This document shows, piece after piece, positions 26,330-36,231 of a stretch of 64,000 bases of DNA; position 1 is the first letter of the stretch; each line of letters opens with the position of its first letter. Origin of the DNA: Flavobacteriales bacterium (GTDB taxonomy: Bacteria; Bacteroidota; Bacteroidia; Flavobacteriales_D; JBKBNH01); the NCBI GenBank assembly GCA_046295395.1, contig JBKBNH010000006.1, positions 53,646 to 117,645 on the forward strand. Reading direction: 5' to 3'. Both the position numbers and the translations under genes were made by a program. The notes below the pieces were generated by a model. The model saw only the letters and a list, made by a program, of their open reading frames with translations. It was not told where the DNA came from and did no database searches.

Positions 26330-29172
26330 TATTCTGCTTTTTTTAATTCTTCCTTAAGGTATTTTCCGGTGTAACTGTGCTTATTGATTGCGACCTGTTC
26401 GGGAGTGCCGGCGCAAATCAATTCGCCTCCTTTTGAGCCTCCTTCCGGCCCAATGTCTACAATATAGTCTGCTACTTTTATTATATCTAAATTGTGTTCT
26501 ATAACCAATACTGTATTTCCGTTGTTTACCAATCGATTAAGCACCTCCAAAAGTAAACGAATATCTTCAAAATGCAAACCGGTAGTTGGTTCATCCAGAA
26601 TGTAAAACGTTCTGCCAGTTTCTTTTTTAGAAAGCTCTGTTGCTAGCTTAACACGCTGAGCCTCACCCCCGGAAAGAGTTGTAGATTGCTGCCCTAGTGT
26701 AACATATGCTAAGCCGACAGAGTGCAGTGTTATTAGTTTTTCGTATATGGATGGTATGTTCTCAAAAAATTGAACAGCATCATCTATAGTCATATCCAGC
26801 ACATCGCTGATGCTCTTTCCTTTATACCTTATTTCAAGGGTCTCACGATTGTAGCGCTTGCCATTACAAGTTTCACAAGGGACGCTAACATCGGGTAAAA
26901 AATTCATTTCAATCACTTTTAAGCCCGCTCCTTTGCAGGTCTCGCATCTTCCCCCTTTAACGTTAAAAGAAAATCGCCCTGCCTGATATCCTCTTATTTT
27001 AGACTCAGGAACCAAGGTAAACAGGTCTCTGATATCTGAGAACACTCCGGTGTAAGTTGCCGGATTAGAACGCGGTGTTCTTCCTATAGGGCTTTGGTCT
27101 ATTTGAATAACCTTATCTAAAAACTCGAGCCCTTGAATCGATTTAAATTTCATCGGCTCTTTTTGAGCTCTGTTTAGTTCTTTGTGTAAAATGGGGAAAA
27201 GGGTCTCATTTATTAATGTGCTTTTGCCACTTCCCGATACTCCAGTCACACAAATAAAGGTTTCTAAAGGAAAATCAACGGTGATATTCTTTAAATTGTT
27301 TCCTGTTGCACCTTTCAAAGTTAGCGTATTTCCATTCCCTTTACGACGTGTTTTAGGAATGGCGATAGACATTTTTCCGGTTAAATACTTTGCTGTAACT
27401 GAGTCGCTTTTTGCAAGGCGAGCCGGTATGCCCGCTGTAACAATCTCGCCTCCATTTACCCCTGCTCCGGGGCCAATATCAATTAAGTAATCAGAGCTTT
27501 CTATCATCTCTTTGTCGTGTTCCACAACTAAAACAGAGTTGCCTGCGTCACGAAGCTTCTTCAGTGAGTCTATTAATCGGGAATTATCTCGCTGATGCAA
27601 ACCAATACTAGGCTCGTCCAAAATATAAAGAACTCCTGTTAACTGAGATCCTATTTGTGTAGCTAGTCTTATTCGTTGAGCCTCTCCTCCGCTCAAGGTT
27701 TTTGCGGATCGGTCTAGGGTTAAATAATCTAACCCCACATCGAGTAAAAACGCAAGCCTAGCTCTGATTTCTTTTAAAATGTCATTTGCAATTATCCGTT
27801 GTTTTTCATTAAGCCTCGACTCTAATTCCTGAAACCAATTCTTCAATTCCTGAATGTCCATAGAGGCCAACTCAAAAATATTTTTCTCGTCTATTTTAAA
27901 AAAAAGTGCTTCCTTCTTGAGCCTAGAGCCTTCACAATCAGTGCACTCTACTTCATTCATAAAGGCTTCTGCCCATTTATGAATGGCTCTTGACTCGGTT
28001 TCTTCAAAGTGCCTGCTTACAAATGCTACAATACCTTCAAAGCCGGTAAATGTTTCGATTAATCCTGAATCGGTTGCGTATTTTATGTAATCATCGCTAC
28101 CAAAAAGCAAACGGTTTACTGTGGTTTCATCTATCTCTTTTAGGGGTGTATCTAAGGTATAATTGTATTTTTTTAAAATAGCTTCTACTTGTCTGAAAAG
28201 TAAGTTTGGTTTAAATTTTCCCAAAGGAGCTATGCCACCTTTTTTTATACTTAACTTACTGTCGGGAATTACTTTATCTAAATCTGTCTGAGATATCTTC
28301 CCTAAGCCATTACATTTATGGCAAGCCCCGTAAGGCGAATTGAATGAAAAAAGATTTGGTTCAGGCTCTGAGTATGATATGCCTGAATCGGGGCACATTA
28401 AAAATCTGCTAAAGTTTCTGTATTGGCTCGTTTCGTAATCCATAACCATCATAACTCCTTTGCCTACTTTTAATGCGGTTCTGAGAGAGGTAACCATTCT
28501 TTTTTCATGCTCTTCAGAAACAGTCAATCTGTCAACAACAACCTCAATATCATGAATTTTGTACCGATCTATCTGCATACCATAGACCAAATCCTTTACT
28601 TCGCCATCAACTCTAACTTTACTATAGCCCTGTTTGCGTATTTGCTCAAATAATTCGCGGTAGTGTCCTTTTCTGGCTTTTACAACCGGAGCCAAAAAAA
28701 TTACTTTCTTATCTAAATAGTCTTTCAAAATCAACTCCAGTATCTGCGATTCTGAATACTTAACCATTTTCTTTCCTGTTGCGTAGGAATAGGCGTCTGA
28801 TGCCCTCGCATAAAACAAGCGTAGAAAGTCATATACCTCTGTGATTGTGCCAACCGTAGAGCGTGGATTTCGATTTACCGTTTTTTGCTCTATAGATATT
28901 ACCGGGCTGAGTCCTGTGATTTTATCTACGTCAGGTCTTTCCATTCCTCCAAGAAACTGCCTTGCGTATGAAGAAAAGGTTTCTATGTATCGTCGTTGCC
29001 CTTCTGCGAAAATAGTGTCGAATGCCAATGAGGATTTACCGCTCCCCGACAAACCTGTAATAACAACCAACTTATTTCTCGGAATAGATACACTTAAATT
29101 TTTAAGATTGTGTGCTCTCGCACCATACACCTCAATGAATTCCTGTTCGCTTATTACTTCCTCTTTACTCAT
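26329..29172 (-). CDS. uvrA: Excinuclease ABC subunit A
   Basis: 947 aa. Two ABC modules (GLSGSGKSSL, GVSGSGKSTL; LSGGEAQR twice) and zinc-finger cysteines (CPDSG..., CHKCNG, CETCKG, CETCNG). Confidence 0.97.
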   Translation of the reverse strand: MSKEEVISEQEFIEVYGARAHNLKNLSVSIPRNKLVVITGLSGSGKSSLAFDTIFAEGQRRYIETFSSYARQFLGGMERPDVDKITGLSPVISIEQKTVNRNPRSTVGTITEVYDFLRLFYARASDAYSYATGKKMVKYSESQILELILKDYLDKKVIFLAPVVKARKGHYRELFEQIRKQGYSKVRVDGEVKDLVYGMQIDRYKIHDIEVVVDRLTVSEEHEKRMVTSLRTALKVGKGVMMVMDYETSQYRNFSRFLMCPDSGISYSEPEPNLFSFNSPYGACHKCNGLGKISQTDLDKVIPDSKLSIKKGGIAPLGKFKPNLLFRQVEAILKKYNYTLDTPLKEIDETTVNRLLFGSDDYIKYATDSGLIETFTGFEGIVAFVSRHFEETESRAIHKWAEAFMNEVECTDCEGSRLKKEALFFKIDEKNIFELASMDIQELKNWFQELESRLNEKQRIIANDILKEIRARLAFLLDVGLDYLTLDRSAKTLSGGEAQRIRLATQIGSQLTGVLYILDEPSIGLHQRDNSRLIDSLKKLRDAGNSVLVVEHDKEMIESSDYLIDIGPGAGVNGGEIVTAGIPARLAKSDSVTAKYLTGKMSIAIPKTRRKGNGNTLTLKGATGNNLKNITVDFPLETFICVTGVSGSGKSTLINETLFPILHKELNRAQKEPMKFKSIQGLEFLDKVIQIDQSPIGRTPRSNPATYTGVFSDIRDLFTLVPESKIRGYQAGRFSFNVKGGRCETCKGAGLKVIEMNFLPDVSVPCETCNGKRYNRETLEIRYKGKSISDVLDMTIDDAVQFFENIPSIYEKLITLHSVGLAYVTLGQQSTTLSGGEAQRVKLATELSKKETGRTFYILDEPTTGLHFEDIRLLLEVLNRLVNNGNTVLVIEHNLDIIKVADYIVDIGPEGGSKGGELICAGTPEQVAINKHSYTGKYLKEELKKAE

Positions 29173-29178
29173 ACTATT

Positions 29179-30126
29179 TCAATTAACAGGAATATAGGGT
29201 TTAATGTTTCCTTCTTCTTCTGGAATCAAAATGGTGTACTTTTTATTTTTCTCAATACTAAGCTTATTGCTTCTAATCCACGGATTTAAAAGTTTAATTA
29301 ATTGATAGGTTGTGCCCTGTTTTTTTGCAAAATCATACATATTACTAATGGTTGAATCTACAACTAATGGCGTAGTTATGTACTCGTTATATGTTAAGCT
29401 ATTTTGAATAAAAATTCCATAATCTTCTGGATTTTGATAAATACATTTTAGTGCCAGAATTCTGAAAATGTAGCGTGATGTTTCGTTATTTAAATGCAAA
29501 TCGTAATAATTTTCTACGCCTTGTCGTTCCATTTCTCTTTCAAGGGCTGCAGACCCCATATTGTAGGAGGCTGCTGCGAGCGTCCAGCTTCTGAATTTAC
29601 TGTACATATCTTTAAGATATGTACATGCTGCACGCGTAGATTTTTCGATATGATATCTTTCATCAACTTCAGGGTTTACTTGTAAATTATACTGTTTGGC
29701 TGTTGACTCTAAAAACTGCCAATATCCTGCTGCTCCGGCAGGCGAAACAACTAAATCCAAATTACTTTCGATTAGCGCCAGAAACTTAAAATCGTCAGGC
29801 ACCTCTTCTTCAAGTAAAATGCTCTCTATCAATGGGAAAAAGCGTTGGGCTCTTTTCAACCCAAGTATTGTGTTGTTATGCCAAAAACTATTTACCAAAA
29901 GTTCTTTATCCAGTCTTTCAGCGAATTGCACCTGTTCAATAGGTGCTGTTTCGCTTGCAAACTCTATTTTTTCGGGCAATTTAGGAGCCTTGGCCAAGTA
30001 GAAGCAGGTATCCTTATAGACTACCTCGTTTAGCGGATGATGATTTTTTGCAGACTGCTCTTTACATCCTGATAATAAAGTTATTACCAAAAAACCTGAT
30101 AATAGAATACTAGGTTTCTTTGCCAT
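29179..30126 (-). CDS. Lytic transglycosylase (SLT domain) lipoprotein
   Basis: Start set at MAKKPSILLSGFLVITLLSGC (lipobox). SLT catalytic region ALIESNLD...SPAGAAGYWQF...AAASYNMG. Confidence 0.8.
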   Translation of the reverse strand: MAKKPSILLSGFLVITLLSGCKEQSAKNHHPLNEVVYKDTCFYLAKAPKLPEKIEFASETAPIEQVQFAERLDKELLVNSFWHNNTILGLKRAQRFFPLIESILLEEEVPDDFKFLALIESNLDLVVSPAGAAGYWQFLESTAKQYNLQVNPEVDERYHIEKSTRAACTYLKDMYSKFRSWTLAAASYNMGSAALEREMERQGVENYYDLHLNNETSRYIFRILALKCIYQNPEDYGIFIQNSLTYNEYITTPLVVDSTISNMYDFAKKQGTTYQLIKLLNPWIRSNKLSIEKNKKYTILIPEEEGNIKPYIPVN

Positions 30127-31192
30127 TTTTTTTATTGTATTGAGCAAGGATGAAAAATAGAGTAAGCACAAAGATAAAATAGATAACTGTTCCAATAGCA
30201 AATAATGGTGTCAAGTATTCCGGTGCCATATGCAGAAAGAGAATCGCCAAAACAGAAATTAACGACATAGCCATAAATATAAATCCAATCTGACTATCAG
30301 AAATTCCCGCATAGGATAGATGGTGGGTGGTGTGGTCTTTTCCCCCTACAAAGGGGGAATGGCCTCTCTTTATTCTTTGTATAACTACAAAAGTGGTGTC
30401 GGTTATGGGCATTATAAAAGCCAATAAAACAACCGACATATTTCTCCAGCCTTCTTCAAAGTGTGAGGCTTTGCCATTCCAGAAGAATATAATTGCAAAT
30501 GCCGCCAAAATAAAGCCGAGAAATTGGCTGCCGGTATCACCCATAAACATTCTTGATGGATGCCAGTTGTAATACAAAAATCCACACAACCCTGCCATCA
30601 AACCTATTATAAGTATAAAAAACAAATTAGAATACCATCCTGCTGATATTACAAGTAACAACATTCCAAAAAAGATACTTAAAGACACTATAGAAGTTAT
30701 TCCATCCATGTTGTCAAGCATATTAATTGAGTTCATAATACCTATAACCCACACTATCGTGAAAAAATAATTAACCCAATACACGCCTGAAATATCTATA
30801 CATGTTCCTGTGCTAATCAGTATTATCCCACAAAGCAACTGGACCCCAAACTTCAGAAAGGGCCTTGTATTATAAGCATCATCGGCAAGCCCCATCAGAA
30901 AAGCTAGCGATGAGGCGAAAATTATACCCAATAGCGCCTTGTCTTTGAAAATGTGGTCTGACTCGAAAAATACTGCATAGAGTGCCATTGAAAGCAGAAA
31001 AATAATATAAAATCCTATTCCTCCTAAAGAAGGCTTAGAGACAGAGCTCCACCTGACTAGATTAAAGTCCTTATCTCTTATGCCTAGTGTAGTAGAAAAT
31101 TTAAGCAGAATAGTGTAAATAAGAATGGCGAAAATCACCAGACTTATAAATACGCCTGCTCCTACTGCATATAAATAAGTCGATTCGCTCAT
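30110..31192 (-). CDS. Glycosyltransferase family 4 polyprenyl-phosphate sugar-1-phosphate transferase (WecA/MraY-like)
   Basis: 360 aa polytopic membrane protein. Motifs GLADD, NMLDNMDG and MGDTGSQFLG. Confidence 0.85.
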   Translation of the reverse strand: MSESTYLYAVGAGVFISLVIFAILIYTILLKFSTTLGIRDKDFNLVRWSSVSKPSLGGIGFYIIFLLSMALYAVFFESDHIFKDKALLGIIFASSLAFLMGLADDAYNTRPFLKFGVQLLCGIILISTGTCIDISGVYWVNYFFTIVWVIGIMNSINMLDNMDGITSIVSLSIFFGMLLLVISAGWYSNLFFILIIGLMAGLCGFLYYNWHPSRMFMGDTGSQFLGFILAAFAIIFFWNGKASHFEEGWRNMSVVLLAFIMPITDTTFVVIQRIKRGHSPFVGGKDHTTHHLSYAGISDSQIGFIFMAMSLISVLAILFLHMAPEYLTPLFAIGTVIYFIFVLTLFFILAQYNKKNGKET

Positions 31193-31746
31193 TAATACCT
31201 GAATTTACTTTCAAAATCACAAAACACAGGTGCCTCATTGTCTTTAGCAGATAATATTGGATTAGCTTCCCTCCAATCGATGGATAAATCTATATCGTTC
31301 CAGATTATAGCTCTTTCAGAAGCCTTGTTATAATAATTGGTGCACTTATAACAAAATAAAGTGTTGTCTTCTAATGCAACAAAACCGTGTGCAAATCCTG
31401 GAGGAATCCAAAACAACAACTTGTTTTCTGCTGTAAGCTCCAGACTGTAATGCTTGCCGTAGGTTGGTGATCCTTTTCTTATATCTACGGCTACATCTAT
31501 AACCTTTCCTTGCATAACGTTTACAAGCTTTCCTTGTTCATAAGGCGGATCTTGAAAATGCAAACCACGCACTACTCCTTTTTTAGAAGAACTTACATTG
31601 TCTTGAACAAACTCAAGAGATTGAAATCCTGTTAGAGTTAAAAATTTTCCCAGATTAAATGACTCGTAAAAATATCCTCTTTCATCAGCAAAAATAGTAG
31701 GATGAATAATTAACAATCCATCAATATCAACTTTTTCAATCTGCAT
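31192..31746 (-). CDS. rfbC: dTDP-4-dehydrorhamnose 3,5-epimerase
   Basis: DERGYFYESF, RGLHFQ, KLV.V..G.V.DVAVD and PPGFAHGF motifs. Size is 184 aa. Confidence 0.92.
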   Translation of the reverse strand: MQIEKVDIDGLLIIHPTIFADERGYFYESFNLGKFLTLTGFQSLEFVQDNVSSSKKGVVRGLHFQDPPYEQGKLVNVMQGKVIDVAVDIRKGSPTYGKHYSLELTAENKLLFWIPPGFAHGFVALEDNTLFCYKCTNYYNKASERAIIWNDIDLSIDWREANPILSAKDNEAPVFCDFESKFRY

Positions 31747-34129
31747 TTTTTTTAAATATTCTAAGCCAGCCTAGGGTAGAAGGTTTTTCTTCGTAGTAGC
31801 CACCGTAATACCCGTAGCCGTAACCATAACCGTAGCCTGTTTTGTTCTTTTCTATACCATTCAGCACAATACTAAGGCGTGAAATCTTATTTTCCAAGAT
31901 TAGGCGGTCAATATTTTGAACAAAGTTCTTTTTAGAATAGTTGTTCCTAAGAACATATATGGGGAAATCTGCATTAGTAATTACCGGCACACCATCTGTT
32001 ACCAAGCCTACCGGAGGGTTGTCTACTACAATAATATCGTATATGGTTTTTAGCTCCTTAATCGTTTCCTTAAATCGTCCATTTATAATAAGTTCCGAGG
32101 AATTTGGAGGAACAGGTCCTGCGGTTATAAAATCAAGATTTTTTACCTTACTTTTTCTAACACAATTTTTCACTTCATCTTTCCCTATAAGAAGGGTGCT
32201 CATCCCCCTTTCGTTGTCTACACCAAATCCTTTGTGAATTTTCGGTTTACGCATATCAAGATCTAAAAGCACTACTCGCTTACCACTAAAAGCAATTATT
32301 CCGGCCAGATTTAGTGCCACAAACGTTTTTCCCTCACCTGAGATAGTAGATGTAATTGCAATTACCTTCGCATCTTCCGTGTTGTTTATAAATTCCAGAT
32401 TAGAACGAATCGTTCTGAATGATTCTGAAATCATAGATTTGGGGTTTTCATGAATTACTACCTGAGAGTTTGGCATTGATTGTTTATATGTAGGAACAAC
32501 CCCCAAAATATTAATCGTGGTAGCAGATGCTTTTTGCACATCGTATAATGAAGTGATAACATCATGTGCCGCGTAGCGGATTAGCACAAGTGCTACGCAG
32601 ATACTTATTGCTATAAAAATGGTTAATCCAAAGATTATCTTTTTATTGGGCGATATAGGAGCTCCTGATATTTCGGCCGATTCAAGTATTTCGGTATTAC
32701 TCACAATACCGGCTTTTGATAGGGCGTATTCTGCTTCTTTCTCCAAAAGAATGGTATAATACTTTTCGTTTATCAGATAAACTCGCTGAAGTTCTTCAAA
32801 CTCCAATTGTTTTTCTGGGAGTGAAAATATTCGTTGTTCGCTGGCCGACAACTGATTCATCAATTCATTTTTCTGACTGGTAGAACTCTCCAAGCTCACC
32901 TTCAATGCATCTTTTAGTAAATTAATCTGAAATGATATCCTGTCGTCCAATTCCTGAGTGCCTATATTTTCTTTAGTAAGCGCCAAGCCTGTTTTTTCTC
33001 TAAGTTCCTGAAGACTTTTTAAATCCATTATTATGGAATAAAGCTTTGTCTCTGATTTTCCGCCAATAAGTAATGGAAGCAACTCTGCAACATCAATCTT
33101 GTCTTTCTTTTTGTTTAATCTTTCGTTTATCTGCTTCAACAAGTTTTCCTCCAACTGTATTTTGAGTAGCTCGTTGTTTAGATTTTCTATTCTGGAATTT
33201 ATTATCATGCCTCCTTGTTCGCTAATAAGGAGGTTGTTTTGTGTTCTAAATGCAGCTATTTCTTCTTTTGACCTGTTTAATTGTGCTGCTAAAGAGTCTT
33301 TTTGTTTCTGAATAAAGGATACTATGTTTTCTGTGCTTATGCTCTGTTTTTTTTTATCAAATTCGTTGTAGGCTTCTATCACAGCAGAAACAACATCCCT
33401 TGCCAAAACTGGATTGGGATGTTTAAATGAAACTCTGATTGTTTTGGCCTCAATATTTAGTAAACCTATTTCGAGATTGCCTTTTAGGCTCTCCTGCATA
33501 GTGGGTTCATGATTGAACCTGAAATATAACTTATCTTGTTTGTATATTTCATTTATATTTTCGCTGCTTTTCGTTTGGGCTGTAAGCACAAAATGCTTCC
33601 CCTCAAAAACTTTATTATTATAACTTTTTGCAGTATATCTTTGATTTTTGTGTGTGTACTCCAGTGAGTATTCTGCTGCAGAGGCTACTTCCAAAAAAAT
33701 AGGCACCCCAATAATTGAAGAGTCTTTAAGAACAAAATTCTCAACTAAAAAAGGAGATGTTGTATAGCGTTCATTATCCAATAAATTTCCTTTCACAAAA
33801 TAGCTTACTTGCAACGGCAATTTGGTTAGTGCCGATTTAAAAACAAGATTAGATCTCAAAAGCTCTACCTCAGCATTTATCCCCGAATTCGTGTTAATGG
33901 GATTGTACATTTGAAGCACTTGTTGCGCATTGTCAATTTTATTCAACTGAATGGTGGCAGATGATTGATATACCGGTGTAGAATAACGTATATACACCCA
34001 AGCTAAAGTTATGCATAAGGTAAATATTCCTACAAACCAAAATTTAGAGTTTCTGATTATCAACTTGAGCAATTCTGCGTCAAGTACTGCTTCAGAATTG
34101 GGATTTCTATCTAATTTTTCTTTCGCCAA
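31736..34129 (-). CDS. wzc: Polysaccharide co-polymerase / tyrosine autokinase (Wzc-type BY-kinase)
   Basis: 797 aa. It has two TM helices flanking a coiled-coil periplasmic domain, Walker A TSTISGEGKT, Walker A' VVLLDLDMR, a VVDNPP Walker B, and the C-terminal Tyr cluster GYGYGYGYGYYGGYY. Confidence 0.9.
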   Translation of the reverse strand: MAKEKLDRNPNSEAVLDAELLKLIIRNSKFWFVGIFTLCITLAWVYIRYSTPVYQSSATIQLNKIDNAQQVLQMYNPINTNSGINAEVELLRSNLVFKSALTKLPLQVSYFVKGNLLDNERYTTSPFLVENFVLKDSSIIGVPIFLEVASAAEYSLEYTHKNQRYTAKSYNNKVFEGKHFVLTAQTKSSENINEIYKQDKLYFRFNHEPTMQESLKGNLEIGLLNIEAKTIRVSFKHPNPVLARDVVSAVIEAYNEFDKKKQSISTENIVSFIQKQKDSLAAQLNRSKEEIAAFRTQNNLLISEQGGMIINSRIENLNNELLKIQLEENLLKQINERLNKKKDKIDVAELLPLLIGGKSETKLYSIIMDLKSLQELREKTGLALTKENIGTQELDDRISFQINLLKDALKVSLESSTSQKNELMNQLSASEQRIFSLPEKQLEFEELQRVYLINEKYYTILLEKEAEYALSKAGIVSNTEILESAEISGAPISPNKKIIFGLTIFIAISICVALVLIRYAAHDVITSLYDVQKASATTINILGVVPTYKQSMPNSQVVIHENPKSMISESFRTIRSNLEFINNTEDAKVIAITSTISGEGKTFVALNLAGIIAFSGKRVVLLDLDMRKPKIHKGFGVDNERGMSTLLIGKDEVKNCVRKSKVKNLDFITAGPVPPNSSELIINGRFKETIKELKTIYDIIVVDNPPVGLVTDGVPVITNADFPIYVLRNNYSKKNFVQNIDRLILENKISRLSIVLNGIEKNKTGYGYGYGYGYYGGYYEEKPSTLGWLRIFKKNAD

Positions 34130-34132
34130 AGT

Positions 34133-34939
34133 CTACTTATTAAACTGAGCAACTGTGTAATAGATAAATAATGCACTGCTAACAAGTGACACAATAGGGG
34201 CCACATCTCTCAGCACTTCTCTGGCAAGTTCAGGGCGAGGTTCTACGTATATAATATCATTCGCCTGTAAGATTAATCCGGTATATTTTAACCCCTCAAT
34301 GGTAGATAGGTCAATTAAAAACACTTTTTGTTTGCCTTCTTCCTGTCTAATTAACTTTATTTTGGCAGCCCTGCCACGATTTGCAACACCCCCTGCTTGT
34401 GCAAGGCCTTCAACCAATGTCATGTTGTTGTTTGTTAACGGTATTACTCTAGCATCTCCCCCATTTCCTGGAAACACAATAATTCTTCTGTTTACAACCT
34501 TAATTTGAACAAAAGGATCTATGTAATATCTGGCATACATAGAGGCTAAAGAATCCTCAGCTTGTCTAATATTGAGCCCGGTAATGTTTACCGTATCCAA
34601 AAGCGGAACCCTGACATATCCATTAGGCTGAATAAAATAATTTATCGTGTTTTCCTGAAGCACCATCATTCCACCTCGCACTCCGCCTGCGCCGGTTTCT
34701 GCCTCTGCGCCTGATGTAAGCTCAATGATTTTATATCCATTATTGGCAAACAAACGAAACTGAATTAAGTCATTAGCTTGTAATAAATATTGATCTTTTT
34801 GAACACTATCCGGCTCATTAAATACATATTCACGATGTGTTTTCAACATTAAATCCGAATTGATATAACAAGAATTTAGCCCGAAAAGAGCTATAAAAAC
34901 TATCCCAATCAGTGGGGCTAAACGAGTAATTTTATTCAT
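34133..34939 (-). CDS. wza: Polysaccharide export outer-membrane lipoprotein (Wza-type)
   Basis: Start set at MNKITRLAPLIGIVFIALFGLNSC (lipobox). Poly_export segment (YLLQANDLIQFRLF) and SLBB-like segments (TLVEGLAQAGG; ILQANDIIYV). Confidence 0.85.
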   Translation of the reverse strand: MNKITRLAPLIGIVFIALFGLNSCYINSDLMLKTHREYVFNEPDSVQKDQYLLQANDLIQFRLFANNGYKIIELTSGAEAETGAGGVRGGMMVLQENTINYFIQPNGYVRVPLLDTVNITGLNIRQAEDSLASMYARYYIDPFVQIKVVNRRIIVFPGNGGDARVIPLTNNNMTLVEGLAQAGGVANRGRAAKIKLIRQEEGKQKVFLIDLSTIEGLKYTGLILQANDIIYVEPRPELAREVLRDVAPIVSLVSSALFIYYTVAQFNK

Positions 34940-34977
34940 TTTTAAAAGTACTTTGAAACACAAAGTTAATCATTTTA

Positions 34978-36168
34978 TTAATTATGCAAGGTTTTTTTTC
35001 GATTTAACACCTCCTGATATATTTTATCCATCTCGGAAACAAGTCTAGTGTAATGAAATTTGGAAAAAACATGCCCCCCTTTTTCGGATAGTGTTTTCCT
35101 AAGGTTAGAATCATTTACCATACGGTTAAGCATTTGCGAAAACCCATGCAAATCGTCTGATTTAAACAGTGTTTCATGATAGTCTAAGATGTCTCTGACT
35201 CCACCCACATCGGTAGAAATAACCGGAATACCGGATGCCTGTGCCTCTATCAGGCTTACCGGTGTTCCTTCGTTTAGAGAGGTTAGCGCTGCTATATCAC
35301 AGCCCGCATAAACTTCATCTATTTCTTTAATCCACGAAGTGAAGATTAAATCTGCCTCATCAGCAGCTTCTGTCCCAAAACCAACCCCCTGTTCAAAACA
35401 GTACTGCATCAACTTACCACGTTCCTCTCCGTCTCCTACTATAAAAGCCTTAAATTTTGACTTCGAATTCAATTTTAAATATTTGATGGCCTGAATAAAA
35501 AAGTAATGATTCTTAATTGGAGCTAATCTGCCCACAATAGAAATAGCTATTACATCCTCTTCAATACGATACTGATTGCGAAATTTAGCTCGTTTTTCAG
35601 TACGATTAATCCTAAATTTTTCTAAATCAAACCCCAATGGAATCACTTTCACTTTTTCAGGAGAGCAAATCTTATAAACTTCCGTTAACTCGTATTTTTG
35701 GCGATTGGAAATGGCAACTATAATATCCGTTTTTTTAGCCAAATATCGCTCCGCCTGTTTGTAAATTTCTGTTTTTGCTTTTCCAAAATAGGAGTGAAAA
35801 ACATGCCCGTGGAAAGTGTGGACGATTACCGGTACTTTTTCGTTGTATGCCGCTATTCTACCCAATGCCCCTGCTTTTGAGGCGTGCGTGCAAACTATAT
35901 CGGGTTTGTATTCTCTAATGAGGTTCTGTATTTTCTTCAACGCTCTCCTGTCTGCCAGAAAATTAATTTCACGCTTCATCTCAGGAATAATAACCGGCTT
36001 AAGGTTCATCGAATCGAGTATATATTCAGAACTTTCTTCTTCTGTGTCTTTCATTCCGCCCACCAGCAGCGTTTCATACTTCGGTTCCATATATTTTGAA
36101 AGGTAGACCACATTATAGGTAGGCCCCCCCAAGTTAAACCTATTTATGATGCGTAACACTTTTGCCAT
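34978..36168 (-). CDS. GT-B fold glycosyltransferase (CAZy family 4 type)
   Basis: 396 aa. EGTPVSLIEAQASGIPVISTDVGG is the E-x7-E region. Confidence 0.85.
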   Translation of the reverse strand: MAKVLRIINRFNLGGPTYNVVYLSKYMEPKYETLLVGGMKDTEEESSEYILDSMNLKPVIIPEMKREINFLADRRALKKIQNLIREYKPDIVCTHASKAGALGRIAAYNEKVPVIVHTFHGHVFHSYFGKAKTEIYKQAERYLAKKTDIIVAISNRQKYELTEVYKICSPEKVKVIPLGFDLEKFRINRTEKRAKFRNQYRIEEDVIAISIVGRLAPIKNHYFFIQAIKYLKLNSKSKFKAFIVGDGEERGKLMQYCFEQGVGFGTEAADEADLIFTSWIKEIDEVYAGCDIAALTSLNEGTPVSLIEAQASGIPVISTDVGGVRDILDYHETLFKSDDLHGFSQMLNRMVNDSNLRKTLSEKGGHVFSKFHYTRLVSEMDKIYQEVLNRKKTLHN

Positions 36169-36231
36169 GAGGCTGCAAAGCTAACTAAGCAAATAGAATT
36201 TTGCTGAAAAATTGTTTAAAACCACTAATAT

